Notes: generated by a model not told the origin, from the sequence alone. A DNA stretch of 64,000 nt from Clostridiales bacterium UBA3678 (GCA_002372935.1 DFJF01000007.1:86019-150018); one strand, 5' to 3'. Shown: positions 41,766 to 52,028, numbered from the stretch's first letter. Program-made: numbers and translations.

Positions 41766-42965
41766 ATGCAATGTACAAGAAAAATAGAAGAAGACCTTTA
41801 TTGGATAGGTTCAGAGAAAAGAAATTATAGTTTATTTGAAAACATATTGCCAATACACGGAGTATCTTATAATTCATATTTACTATTAGATGAAAAAACT
41901 GTCTTATTAGATACTGTTGATCATTCAGTAAGTAAGCAGTTCTTAGAAAATTTAGAATATAAATTAGATGGTGAAAAAATAGATTACTTAATCGTAAATC
42001 ATATGGAACCAGACCATTCTTCTGTAATCGAAGAAGTGATATTAAGATATCCTGATGTAAAAATTATTGGAAATATGCAAACAGCAAAAATGCTAAAACA
42101 ATTCTTTGATTTTGATGTAGATTCAAAAATGCAAATTGTAAAAGATGGAGAAATATTATCTACAGGAAAACATAATTTAAAATTTGTATTTGCGCCAATG
42201 GTACATTGGCCAGAGGTAATGTTTACTTATGATGAAACATCAAAAATACTATTTTCAGCTGATGCATTTGGAACATTTGGTGCTTTAAATGGAAATTTAT
42301 TTAATGATGATTTAGATTTTGAAAAAACATATCTAAATAAAGCAAGAAGATATTATGCAAATATTGTTGGAAAATATGGAATGCAAGTTCAAAATGCATT
42401 AAAAAAGTTAGAGGGAACAGAAATAAACAAAATTTGCCCATTACATGGACCAATTTGGAGAAATAATCTATCATATATTTTAGAAAAATATGAGAAATGG
42501 AGCAAATACGAGCCAGAAGATAACTCAGTTGTTATAATTTATTCTTCTGTTTATGGAAATACAGAAAATGTTGCGAATGTTTTAGCCAATAAATTGAGTC
42601 AAAAAGAAATTAAAAATATAAAAGTATATGATGCCTCAAATACAGATGTATCAATACTTGTTTCAGAAAGCTTTAGATGTAGTAATATTGCAATAATTTC
42701 TACAACATATAATATGGAGGTATTTCCTAAAATTGCAGAATATATTGATCATATAAGAAGAATGAATTTACAAAATAGAACAATATCTATAATTGAAAAT
42801 GCAACATGGGCACCAGGAATTTCAAAATCTATAAAAGACCAGATTTCTCAAATGAAAAATATGAAAATTTTAGAAGAAACATTATCAATTAAGTCTTCGA
42901 TAAAATATGAGCAAGAAGAAAAATTAAATAAAATAGTGGAGGATATTGCAACTGATTTAAAATAA
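41766..42965 (+). CDS. fprA: Flavodiiron protein (FprA / A-type flavoprotein)
   Basis: Motifs NHMEPDHS, PMVHWPE, FSADAFG and PLHGP, plus a C-terminal flavodoxin domain. Confidence 0.9.
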   Translation: MQCTRKIEEDLYWIGSEKRNYSLFENILPIHGVSYNSYLLLDEKTVLLDTVDHSVSKQFLENLEYKLDGEKIDYLIVNHMEPDHSSVIEEVILRYPDVKIIGNMQTAKMLKQFFDFDVDSKMQIVKDGEILSTGKHNLKFVFAPMVHWPEVMFTYDETSKILFSADAFGTFGALNGNLFNDDLDFEKTYLNKARRYYANIVGKYGMQVQNALKKLEGTEINKICPLHGPIWRNNLSYILEKYEKWSKYEPEDNSVVIIYSSVYGNTENVANVLANKLSQKEIKNIKVYDASNTDVSILVSESFRCSNIAIISTTYNMEVFPKIAEYIDHIRRMNLQNRTISIIENATWAPGISKSIKDQISQMKNMKILEETLSIKSSIKYEQEEKLNKIVEDIATDLK

Positions 42966-43003
42966 AGTTCTTTTATAAAGACACATAAAAATATAAGGAG
43001 GAG

Positions 43004-43555
43004 TTGAAAATGGATTATATAAAAAAAATATTTGAAAAAAGTGGATGGCTTTCAATACTAGAATCAATAATATTTGCAATACTTGGAGTAATTGTAATTG
43101 CAAATCCTGAAGGAACAGTTAAATTTATTTCTTATGTGTTAGGAATAATATTTATCACTGTAGGAATTTATAAAACATGTAATTATTTAGCAGCAAAGGG
43201 GAAATATGATTTTTACAATTATGATTTAATATATGGAATTATAGCTATAATTATTGGTATTGTAACTATAATATATAGTTCAGCGATTGGGTCTGTATTT
43301 AGAGTTATAATCGGAATTTGGATTATATATAGTTCACTTATTAGAATTGGATTATCAATGAAATTAAAAGTTCAGGAATTTGCTGTTTGGGGATACAGCC
43401 TAGTATTAGCATTGATAATGCTTGCTTGTGGACTATATATTACACTACAACCAGGTGCAGTTGTTGTAACAATTGGTGTTATGATGATAATATCATCTAT
43501 AATAGATATAATAGAAGATATTATATTTATGAAAAATGTTAAGGAAATATTTTAA
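43004..43555 (+). CDS. DUF308/HdeD-like membrane protein
   Basis: About six TM helices with repeated GI..I..G patterns. Confidence 0.65.
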   Translation: MKMDYIKKIFEKSGWLSILESIIFAILGVIVIANPEGTVKFISYVLGIIFITVGIYKTCNYLAAKGKYDFYNYDLIYGIIAIIIGIVTIIYSSAIGSVFRVIIGIWIIYSSLIRIGLSMKLKVQEFAVWGYSLVLALIMLACGLYITLQPGAVVVTIGVMMIISSIIDIIEDIIFMKNVKEIF

Positions 43556-43577
43556 AATTATGTAGGAGGATTTATAA

Positions 43578-44300
43578 ATGTCAGGACATAGTAAATGGAA
43601 CAATATACAAGCAAGAAAAGGAAAGGTAGATGCAGCCAGAGGAAAGATATTTACAAAATTAGGAAGAGAATTATTAGTTGCTGTAAAAGCAGGAGGCCCA
43701 GACCCAGAAGGAAATTCGACATTAAAAGCAGTTATAGCCAAATGCAAAGCAGCAAATATGCCAAATGATACAATAAATAATGCGATAAAAAAAGCATCTG
43801 GAGAAGGAAATACAGCAAATTATGATGAAATAACATATGAGGGTTATGGACCAAATGGTGTTGCTATAATTGTAGAAGCAAGCACAGATAACAAAAATAG
43901 AACAGCAGCAGAAGTAAGACATGCTTTTGACAAATCTGGAGGTAATCTTGGTACAACTGGTTGTGTGTCATATATGTTTAGCAAAAAAGGTGTAATTGTA
44001 ATTGAAAAAGAAAATTGCCCAATAGATGAAGAAGAATTAATGATGATTGCATTAGATAGTGGAGCAGAAGATTTTAAGACTTCGGATGAAGTTTATCAAA
44101 TTATTACAGCACCAAGCGATTTTGCTAATGTTTCAGACAAGTTACAATCAGAGGGTGTAGAATTTTTAGAAGCATCAGTACAAATGGTACCTTCAACAAC
44201 AATATCATTAGATGATTCATCAGCAGAAAAAATGGAAAGAATGATTGAAAGACTTGAAGACTTAGATGATGTTATGAATGTATACCATAATTGGGAATAA
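43578..44300 (+). CDS. YebC/PmpR family protein
   Basis: Motifs [25 protein letters not shown] and LEDLDDV.NVYHN. Confidence 0.95.
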   Translation: MSGHSKWNNIQARKGKVDAARGKIFTKLGRELLVAVKAGGPDPEGNSTLKAVIAKCKAANMPNDTINNAIKKASGEGNTANYDEITYEGYGPNGVAIIVEASTDNKNRTAAEVRHAFDKSGGNLGTTGCVSYMFSKKGVIVIEKENCPIDEEELMMIALDSGAEDFKTSDEVYQIITAPSDFANVSDKLQSEGVEFLEASVQMVPSTTISLDDSSAEKMERMIERLEDLDDVMNVYHNWE

Positions 44301-44320
44301 AATAAACAACGGGGGATAAA

Positions 44321-45961
44321 ATGAAGAAAAAAAAATTAATAATTTTACTTATTATTATAGTATTAGTCATATCAATTACTGGAGGAGTATTAGCATATTT
44401 ATATTTTTTTACAGATAGTTTAAGGTCTAATAAAGAGACTTTTTTCAAATATGCTTTAGAAAATGAAAAAATTTTAGATATATTTAATAGTGATACATTA
44501 GAAAATTATGCATCAAAACAAAAAAGCAATTCATATACATCAGAAGGAACTATAAAGACAAATGTTACTTTAGAAAATGTAACAGATGCAGAAAATGATA
44601 ACAATATAGTTTCAAGCCTACAAAATTGTAATATTACATATACTGGTAAAACTGACAAGCCAAATAACTATATATATAGAAATATAAAAGCCAATTATAC
44701 AGATATGGAATCTTTAAATTTTGAATTTATAGGAAAAAATGATGTATGTGCAGTAAAATTAAATGATGCTTATGATAAATTTATTGGAGTTGAAAATACT
44801 AATTTAAAAGAATTAGAAGAAAAGTTGGAATCTGAAGAAAGTGAACTGTTTTATTTAAGCAATATTTTTTCTTTAATACCAAATCAAATAAAAACAGAAA
44901 ATCTTTCTTCATATATTACATTATTTACTGATGAGCAATTAGAACAAGAAAAGGAAAAATATTTTCAATTAATATTAGATAATATAACAGAGGATATGGT
45001 TAGTAAAGAAAAATCTGATGATTACACTGTTTATACATTATCATTAACAGAAGAACAGATTTCAAATATAAAAGACAAAATTTTTGAGGAAATGAAAAAT
45101 GATGAAGTATTAAAAAGTGTACTAAAAAATTATATGGTTAACAACTTAGAAATGTCAGAAGAAGAAGCTAATAATTATATATCCAAGATTAGCCAAAGTG
45201 CCGATAGTAAAAAAACAACTTCACAATCACTACAATTAAAGGTTTATGTCCAAAAAAGAAATTTAGCAAAAAGTGAAATTATAGTAAATGATATTTATCC
45301 TTCAAGTGAAACATCAAATACAAAAACATATACTATTACAAAATCTGACAATAATGTTAAATTAGATTTTAATTCTACAGGTGGATCTTCTAGTAAATCG
45401 TCATCTTTTTATATGCAAAAAATTGAATCTTCTAGTGATGTAAAATATGATATCATTTACTCATATAATGAAAAGCAAGTATATGAATATATTATGGAAT
45501 TCAGTGGCTTAGATGGTAATCAAGTTCAAGAGAATTCTGAATTAGATTTAACATATAATTCAACAAAATATGTTTGTAAATATACAAATAATAAAACATT
45601 TGGAGCTAACTTTACTGAAGATGATGTAAATAACAATAATATAATGTTGTTAAATACAGCACCTAATTCAGATTCGATTCAAAGTTTATTTGCTTATATA
45701 TCAGAAAATTTTGAAAAGGCAAATAAAGAAAAGATGAATAATGCTAAAATTTCTGAAGGTAAAAATCCTTTTGTATATTATATACCTGCTGTAGTTCCTG
45801 TAGCTATTACAGGACTTATATCATCATCTGAAAATTCAAAAATGATACTACCTACAACATTTGTTTTAACATGTGGTATGCAAATTATGAATTTAACAAA
45901 TAGTTCTATTAATTCAATTAATTCAAGCCCTAATTATTTTGAGGGCTCAGATGGTTTTTAG
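44321..45961 (+). CDS. Membrane-anchored hypothetical protein
   Basis: 546-aa ORF with a basic N-terminus and one TM; no recognised domain. Confidence 0.6.
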   Translation: MKKKKLIILLIIIVLVISITGGVLAYLYFFTDSLRSNKETFFKYALENEKILDIFNSDTLENYASKQKSNSYTSEGTIKTNVTLENVTDAENDNNIVSSLQNCNITYTGKTDKPNNYIYRNIKANYTDMESLNFEFIGKNDVCAVKLNDAYDKFIGVENTNLKELEEKLESEESELFYLSNIFSLIPNQIKTENLSSYITLFTDEQLEQEKEKYFQLILDNITEDMVSKEKSDDYTVYTLSLTEEQISNIKDKIFEEMKNDEVLKSVLKNYMVNNLEMSEEEANNYISKISQSADSKKTTSQSLQLKVYVQKRNLAKSEIIVNDIYPSSETSNTKTYTITKSDNNVKLDFNSTGGSSSKSSSFYMQKIESSSDVKYDIIYSYNEKQVYEYIMEFSGLDGNQVQENSELDLTYNSTKYVCKYTNNKTFGANFTEDDVNNNNIMLLNTAPNSDSIQSLFAYISENFEKANKEKMNNAKISEGKNPFVYYIPAVVPVAITGLISSSENSKMILPTTFVLTCGMQIMNLTNSSINSINSSPNYFEGSDGF

Positions 45962-46114
45962 ACAAATGATAAAAAAGTTTGCAGGGTTCTGTAACGAAAA
46001 AAGTTCTAAATAAAAATAAAGAGCATATAATATAATTAAAGTTATACTATGTGCTTTTTTTGTGCTTGTATTTAAATAAAATTTATGTATATTTGCAAAG
46101 GAATGTGATTAAAA

Positions 46115-47011
46115 GTGGATGTTGTTTTAGAATATTTAGCTAAAGAGATAAAATTAGAAATTCAAAAATATATAAAAAGTTTCAATGAAAATATAGAAGA
46201 AATAAGGTTAAGAAATAATAGACCAATTGTAATTAGGACAAGCTTCAGAAATATAATTTTAGAACATATTGTAAAAACAGAGGAATTATTAGAAACTTTT
46301 CAAAATATATGTGAACATTCAATATATTCATACCAAAAACAAATATGTGAAGGATTTATTACAATAAAAGGAGGACATAGAGTTGGAATAACAGGAAATT
46401 GTGCAATAGAAGATGGAAAAATAATAAATATAAATTACATATCTAGTTTAAATTTTAGAATTGCAAAAGAGAAAAAGGGATGCTCAAATAAAATTATAAA
46501 TTACATAATTAATAATGGTGAAATATTAAACACATTAATTATTTCAAGACCTGGATGTGGAAAGACCACTATGTTAAGAGATTTAGTAAGAAACATAAGT
46601 AGTGGTGTAAGTCAATATAATTTAAATCCAAAAACTTGTGGGGTTGTTGATGAAAGAGGAGAAATAGCATCAATGTATAAGGGAATACCGCAAAATGATG
46701 TAGGAATATTAAGTGATGTAATAGATAATGTTTCAAAATATGATGGTATGAAAATGCTTGTAAGATCTATGGCTCCAGATGTAATAATTTGTGATGAAAT
46801 AGGAAGCAAAGAAGATGTAGAGGCAATTGAATATGCAATGTGTAGTGGTGTAAAAGGTATATTTACTGCACATGGAAATAGTTTGGAGGATTTGCTTAAT
46901 AATAGTGAAATAAGAAGTTTAATTGAAAAACATTTAATAAAATTAGTTATAGTTCTTGATGAAAAAAAACTTGGAGAGATTAAAAATATTTATAAATTAG
47001 ATAAAGAATAG
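46115..47011 (+). CDS. spoIIIAA: Stage III sporulation protein AA
   Basis: Motifs EEIRLR, GGHRVG, PGCGKTTMLRD, DERGEIA and MAPDVIICDEIG. Confidence 0.92.
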   Translation: MDVVLEYLAKEIKLEIQKYIKSFNENIEEIRLRNNRPIVIRTSFRNIILEHIVKTEELLETFQNICEHSIYSYQKQICEGFITIKGGHRVGITGNCAIEDGKIININYISSLNFRIAKEKKGCSNKIINYIINNGEILNTLIISRPGCGKTTMLRDLVRNISSGVSQYNLNPKTCGVVDERGEIASMYKGIPQNDVGILSDVIDNVSKYDGMKMLVRSMAPDVIICDEIGSKEDVEAIEYAMCSGVKGIFTAHGNSLEDLLNNSEIRSLIEKHLIKLVIVLDEKKLGEIKNIYKLDKE

Positions 47012-47071
47012 TTCTATTTATTTTTTTGAAGAATATAATATAGTAATTAGGTTTTGGAAAGGACAAGTTTT

Positions 47072-47591
47072 ATGTTATTTTTTAAATATCTTTTTTTAAC
47101 AGGCATATTTATATCAGCAGTTATAATTGGGAGATTGCTTTCAAGAAAGTACAAAAATAGAGCAAAAGAATTAAAGGAATTTAAAGAGGTTTTAAATGTT
47201 TTAGAAACTAAAATAAAATTTACATATGAGCCACTAGGAGAGATTTTAAGTGATATTTCTAAAATGATAAAAAATAAAAATATTTGTGAACTATTAGATG
47301 AGACAACTAATAATCTAAGACAAAATAATTTTACTATTGCATGGAATAATAGTATAAATTCAATGTCATCTACACTTAGCTTGAATGAGGAAGATTTGAG
47401 TATAATTAGAAGTTTGGGAAATATGCTTCGGAAAAACTGATGTGAATGGACAAATAAGCGAGATAGAAATGACAATGGATTTTTTAGATACTCAAATACA
47501 AGATGCAGAACAAGAATGCAAGAAAAATGAAAAAATGTACAAAACACTTGGTACAATAGTTGGATTAGCAATAATTATTATATTAATTTAA
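47072..47591 (+). CDS. spoIIIAB: Stage III sporulation protein AB; split by a +1 shift at CGG 47429
   Basis: ATG CTT [C] GGA AAA ACT GAT... continues as LGKTDVNGQISEIEMTMDFLDTQIQDAEQECKKNEKMYKTLGTIVGLAIIIILI*, the typical SpoIIIAB C-terminus. Confidence 0.88.
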
Positions 47592-47616
47592 TTAGTTGAA
47601 ATTGATGGAGGTCAAG

Positions 47617-47811
47617 ATGAATATCGATTTACTTTTTAAAATAGCAGCAATAGGTATTTTAGTAGCTGTTTTACATCAAGTTCTTTGTAGGGCTGGAAGG
47701 GAAGAACAGGCAATGATGACAACATTAGCAGGATTAGTTATTGTGCTTACATTAGTTGTTAAAGAAATAAGCAATTTGTTTAATACAATTAGAACAATAT
47801 TTAATATATGA
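47617..47811 (+). CDS. spoIIIAC: Stage III sporulation protein AC
   Basis: MNIDLLFKIAAIGILVAVLHQVL..AGREEQA; operon position. Confidence 0.9.
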   Translation: MNIDLLFKIAAIGILVAVLHQVLCRAGREEQAMMTTLAGLVIVLTLVVKEISNLFNTIRTIFNI

Positions 47812-47841
47812 ATTCAGTATAAGCACGAAAGGAAAAACAAA

Positions 47842-48228
47842 ATGGATACAATTATAAAAATTACTGGAATAGGATTTGTTGGATTAATTTTTATTATTAT
47901 AATAAAACAATATAAACCTGAATTTGCATTATATATTTCTATGCTTTCTGGAATAATAATTTTATTTTTAGTGATGGACAAGTTTAGAGAAATTATAGAG
48001 CTTTTAAGAACAATAAGTAATAAATCAGGCGTTAACAGTCAATTTTTAGGTTTATTGCTAAAAATGACTGGAATTGCGTTTTTGGCAGAATTTGCAATAA
48101 ATATCTGCAAAGATGCAGGTGAAGGTGCACTTGCTAGCAAAGTAGAGATAGGAAGCAAGATAATTGTAGTTTCTATGTCAATCCCTATAATCTCAAGTTT
48201 ATTGCAGGTTATTTTAAAATTGATATAA
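47842..48228 (+). CDS. spoIIIAD: Stage III sporulation protein AD
   Basis: Motifs KQYKPEFA and ICKDAGEGALASKVE. Confidence 0.9.
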   Translation: MDTIIKITGIGFVGLIFIIIIKQYKPEFALYISMLSGIIILFLVMDKFREIIELLRTISNKSGVNSQFLGLLLKMTGIAFLAEFAINICKDAGEGALASKVEIGSKIIVVSMSIPIISSLLQVILKLI

Positions 48229-48339
48229 CTTTGTTGCCATTTATAAATTTAAGTTTTAAAAAAAATTATCCAGCACAGACCTCAATTGTACTTGTTTATA
48301 AATAGCAAAAAAGTATTAATAAATGGAGGAATGTTAAAT

Positions 48340-49497
48340 GTGAATAAAAAATTCTGGTGTACATTAATAATATTATTAATTTGGTTTACTATAAAAGCAC
48401 CTGTTTATGCAAGCAATTTAGATGAAGAAATAATTAATGACACACAAAAAAGTTTTGGAATAAGCGATTTTCTAGAAGAAACCAAAAAATATACAGGAAA
48501 TTTTTTTGAAGATGTAAATATAGAAGATATGCTAGATTCAGCTATTACTGGAAATATTGATAATAGTACGATTTTTAAAAAAATTTTAAATCTATTTGGA
48601 AAAGAATTAGTATCAAGTATGAAAACATTGGTTGGTATTTTAGTTATAGTTTTAGTTCATAGCATTTTAAAAGCAATATCAGAAGGGTTTGAAAATGATA
48701 GCATTTCAAGGATTATTTATTATGTACAATACATATTAATCATTACATTAATAATGAACAATTTTTCGAGTTTAATTTCAAATATCAATAATACAATAAA
48801 TAACTTAACGGGATTTACAAATTGCTTGATTCCACTTTTGACAACACTTATGGTATATACAGGTAGTATAACAACAAGTAGTCTGTTAGAACCAATAATA
48901 TTATTTGTAGTAGATTTTATAGGAAATATTATAGGAGCATTAGTTTTGCCAGCTGTTTCTATAATTGTAGCATTAATAATAGTTTCTAAAATTTCAGATA
49001 AAATTCAAATAGTAAGATTAGCAGATTTTATGAAATCATCTATAGGATGGTTTTTAGGTATAATTTTGACTATTTTTGTAGGAGTAATATCACTCGAGGG
49101 AACTTTGACAAGTAGTGTAGATGGAATTACAGCAAAGACAGCAAAAGCTGCTATATCAAGCCTTATTCCGGTGGTAGGAAAAGTATTAGGAGATTCTGTG
49201 GATAGTGTGCTAGGCTGTGGAATAGTTTTAAAAAATGCAGTTGGTGTAGTTGGAGTGGTTATAATAATTGGAATATGTATTGTCCCTATTATTAAACTTG
49301 CAACTTTGTCAATTCTATATTCAATTTCTTCAGCTATTATTGAACCAATAGCAGATGAAAAAATAGTAAGGCTATTAGGAGAATTTAGCAGTATTTTTAA
49401 ATTACTTCTTGGAATTTTATGTTCTGTTTCAGTATTATTTATTATTGGAATAACCCTTGTTATAAAGATTTCTAATAGTGGAATGATGTATAGATAG
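48340..49497 (+). CDS. spoIIIAE: Stage III sporulation protein AE
   Basis: Multi-TM; KTAK....IPVVGK...D and LKNAVG. Start set at GTG after GGAGGA. Confidence 0.88.
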   Translation: MNKKFWCTLIILLIWFTIKAPVYASNLDEEIINDTQKSFGISDFLEETKKYTGNFFEDVNIEDMLDSAITGNIDNSTIFKKILNLFGKELVSSMKTLVGILVIVLVHSILKAISEGFENDSISRIIYYVQYILIITLIMNNFSSLISNINNTINNLTGFTNCLIPLLTTLMVYTGSITTSSLLEPIILFVVDFIGNIIGALVLPAVSIIVALIIVSKISDKIQIVRLADFMKSSIGWFLGIILTIFVGVISLEGTLTSSVDGITAKTAKAAISSLIPVVGKVLGDSVDSVLGCGIVLKNAVGVVGVVIIIGICIVPIIKLATLSILYSISSAIIEPIADEKIVRLLGEFSSIFKLLLGILCSVSVLFIIGITLVIKISNSGMMYR

Positions 49498-49509
49498 GAA
49501 AGATTTTAA

Positions 49510-50116
49510 ATGATTAATTTTTTAGGTAAATGGATTGAGGGTATTGCTATTGCAGTCATAGTTGCTAGTATTTTTGAGATGATATTACCAGATGGAAATA
49601 TAAAAAAATATGTAAAAATTGTTTTAGGCATTTATATTATTTTCAGTATTATTTCTCCATTTGTAGATAGAAAAGAATTGTACAACCTTAATATATCCAA
49701 AGAAATAGATACATATTCAAATAATATTGTGAGTAATGAAACGAATTCTAATCGGTAGTAAAAAGAGCTCTGGAGCTGATTTAAATAAAATTTATAAAAA
49801 AACATTTGAAAAAGAAATAAAGAAAACAGTAGAAAATAAAGGATACATTGTATCTGAATGCAATGTTGATGGTGAATTTGAAGAAAAGGATAAAACAGGG
49901 ATTAATAAGATAATAATAATTCTTGAATCTAAAAAGAAAAGTGATGAAAATAATAGTCATATAAATAAAATTGAGAATGTAGAAATTGATGTAGAGAACA
50001 AAGTAGAAAATACAAAAGATGATGAAATTACTAAAAGTGACATTAAAGATCTAAAAGAATATCTTTGTGACTATTATGAACTTGATAAGAAGATTTTTGA
50101 TATTACAGTTAAATAA
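49510..50116 (+). CDS. spoIIIAF: Stage III sporulation protein AF; split by a +1 shift at CGG 49753
   Basis: N-terminal EMILPDGNIKKYVKIVLG..IISP. AAT [C] GGT AGT AAA joins it to the C-terminal ORF ending KEYLCDYYELDKKIFDITVK. Confidence 0.82.
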
Positions 50117-50133
50117 TTATAAGGAGTGATCTT

Positions 50134-50745
50134 ATGTTTAAAGAATTTATGAAGAAAAATATGAATATTGGAGAAGGAACTAACAATAAGAAAAAAATAG
50201 AAAATTTAATTTTTTTAATTGTCTTATTAATAATAACAATTGTCATAATAAATTCTATTTTGAATAAAGATAAAAAAGATAATAATGAAAATGTCAAAGA
50301 TAATTCAAAGACATTAGCAAATAGTATAACACAAGGAGAAAATAATAGCTCAAATTCTGATGAGTTACAATCTAAACTAGAAAATATATTAAGTACTATA
50401 AAAGGAGTAGGAGATGTGAAAGTATTTATAAGTTATTCAGAAAGTAGTGACACAATTGCTATGTATGATGAGAAAACAACAGTTAATTCAACTGAAGAGA
50501 CAGATTCGGCAGGTGGACTTAGAAATACAACTTCAACTGAAACACAAAAGAATGTCATATTTTCTGAAGAGGATGGAAGTCAAGTTCCTGTAACAGAAAA
50601 AGTTGTAATGCCTAAAATAGAAGGAGCTGTAGTTACAGCAAATGGTGCTGGTAATGCAGTAGTTAAGACAAATATTATTAATGCAATTAAATCGGCAACT
50701 GGATTATCTATTGATAAAATTCAAGTATTTGAAATGGAGGAATAA
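50134..50745 (+). CDS. spoIIIAG: Stage III sporulation protein AG
   Basis: Motifs LENILSTIKGVGDVKV, PKIEGAVVTANGA and KIQVF. Confidence 0.88.
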   Translation: MFKEFMKKNMNIGEGTNNKKKIENLIFLIVLLIITIVIINSILNKDKKDNNENVKDNSKTLANSITQGENNSSNSDELQSKLENILSTIKGVGDVKVFISYSESSDTIAMYDEKTTVNSTEETDSAGGLRNTTSTETQKNVIFSEEDGSQVPVTEKVVMPKIEGAVVTANGAGNAVVKTNIINAIKSATGLSIDKIQVFEMEE

Positions 50746-50751
50746 CAGAAG

Positions 50752-51531
50752 ATGGTGAAAAAAGAAAATAAGAGCTTAAGTATTTTAAAAAAGGGATTCA
50801 AGAAAAATGAGATTGTTATTTATGCAATTGCATTAATGCTTGTTACTGCTGGTTATTTTAATTATACAGCAAACCTAGATAATAATTCTCAAGAAACTTA
50901 TTCAGAAAATATTGCAAAAGAAGAGACAACACAAAAAACTGAAAATACGAATACTTCTGAAATAGTTGAAAAAGACAAAACTAATAAACCTAGTCAAGAA
51001 AGTACAAATGCTAATGGAAATATTAATGAAACAGGAGAAACGAGCAATAATAAAAACACTGATAAAACAGAAGAAACAAGTAATAATGAAAATACTAGTG
51101 AGACAGAAGAAACAAGTAGTAGTCATGAAGATGACAACGAAATTGGAGATGCTAAACTTGTTAATAGTGATAGTGTTACAAGTAATTATTTTTCTGCTAC
51201 AAAACTTGAAAGAGATACAAATTATGCAGATATGATTACTGCATATACGAAGATTTTAGAAGATACATCTGTTTCAGAAACACAAAAAACTATAGCTATG
51301 AATGAGATAACAAAAATTAATAATATAAAAAATGCAATATCTGTGTCTGAAAATCTTTTATCAACTAAAGGATTTGAAAATTATGTTGTTTTAGTAAATG
51401 GAGATAGTATTAATGTTGTTGTAAAGTCAAGCGAAAAATTAACACCAGAAAAAGTTGCACAAATTCAAAATATTATTTCAAGAGAATTTGATGCTGAGAT
51501 TGTGAATATACATATTACAGAGAAAAATTAA
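50752..51531 (+). CDS. spoIIIAH: Stage III sporulation protein AH
   Basis: TM + AGYFNY, YF...KLER and ENLLSTKGF...VV; last gene of the operon. Confidence 0.82.
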   Translation: MVKKENKSLSILKKGFKKNEIVIYAIALMLVTAGYFNYTANLDNNSQETYSENIAKEETTQKTENTNTSEIVEKDKTNKPSQESTNANGNINETGETSNNKNTDKTEETSNNENTSETEETSSSHEDDNEIGDAKLVNSDSVTSNYFSATKLERDTNYADMITAYTKILEDTSVSETQKTIAMNEITKINNIKNAISVSENLLSTKGFENYVVLVNGDSINVVVKSSEKLTPEKVAQIQNIISREFDAEIVNIHITEKN

Positions 51532-51635
51532 AGTTTATTTATTAAAGTTGTAATATAGTATGATTCTATAATGTTTTTCAGTTCAACACAACTTACTACA
51601 ATTAATTTTAATAAAATATAAAAAAAGAAAGTGAT

Positions 51636-52028
51636 GTGATTATTTTGGAAAGAGCAAAAAGCAGTAATTTTATAACTTCAATATTTAAGGGAGTTTTAAT
51701 TTCAATGATTTTTACATTAATTTGTCTAACAGTTTTTTCTTTATTATTGGTAAATACAAATATGACTGAAAATTTAATTCAGCCTGTTGTTATAGGAATT
51801 ACAATTATAAGTATTTTAATAGGTAGCTTTTTTTCAAATAGAAAAAGAAACAAAAATGGTGCATTTATTGGGTGCATTGTTGGAATTATTTATATAGCAA
51901 TTATCTACATAATATCTAGTATATTAAATAGCATGAATTTTGCTTTAAATTCTAGTTCAATAATTATGATTTCTCTTGGATTGTTGGGGGGAGCAATTGG
52001 AGGAATAATTGGTGTAAATTTAGGGTAG
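51636..52028 (+). CDS. TIGR04086-like four-TM membrane protein
   Basis: Four TM helices, K.G...G..VG, and a C-terminal GGIIGVN. Confidence 0.65.
   Translation: MIILERAKSSNFITSIFKGVLISMIFTLICLTVFSLLLVNTNMTENLIQPVVIGITIISILIGSFFSNRKRNKNGAFIGCIVGIIYIAIIYIISSILNSMNFALNSSSIIMISLGLLGGAIGGIIGVNLG

Noticed and set aside
46000..46031. SigE promoter (CATATAAT -10) upstream of spoIIIAA
   Set aside because: It is plausible from known regulation, but the -35 match is weak and AT-rich DNA gives such matches by chance.
14..49756. CGG reassigned to another amino acid (Trp/Gln) as the explanation of the broken genes
   Set aside because: A triplet reassignment keeps the frame. All six genes need a +1 change of frame to reach their conserved downstream sequence.
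28165..50116. der, spoIIIAB, spoIIIAF and kinase paralog 2 as ordinary pseudogenes
   Set aside because: They carry the same lesion, show no other decay, include an essential gene, and none of the many long A/T homopolymers shows an indel. A systematic artefact remains possible, but random decay is unlikely.
50930..51130. Repeat-like GAAACAAGTA/ETSNN stretch in spoIIIAH
   Set aside because: It is a low-complexity E/T/S/N protein linker, not a discrete repeat element.
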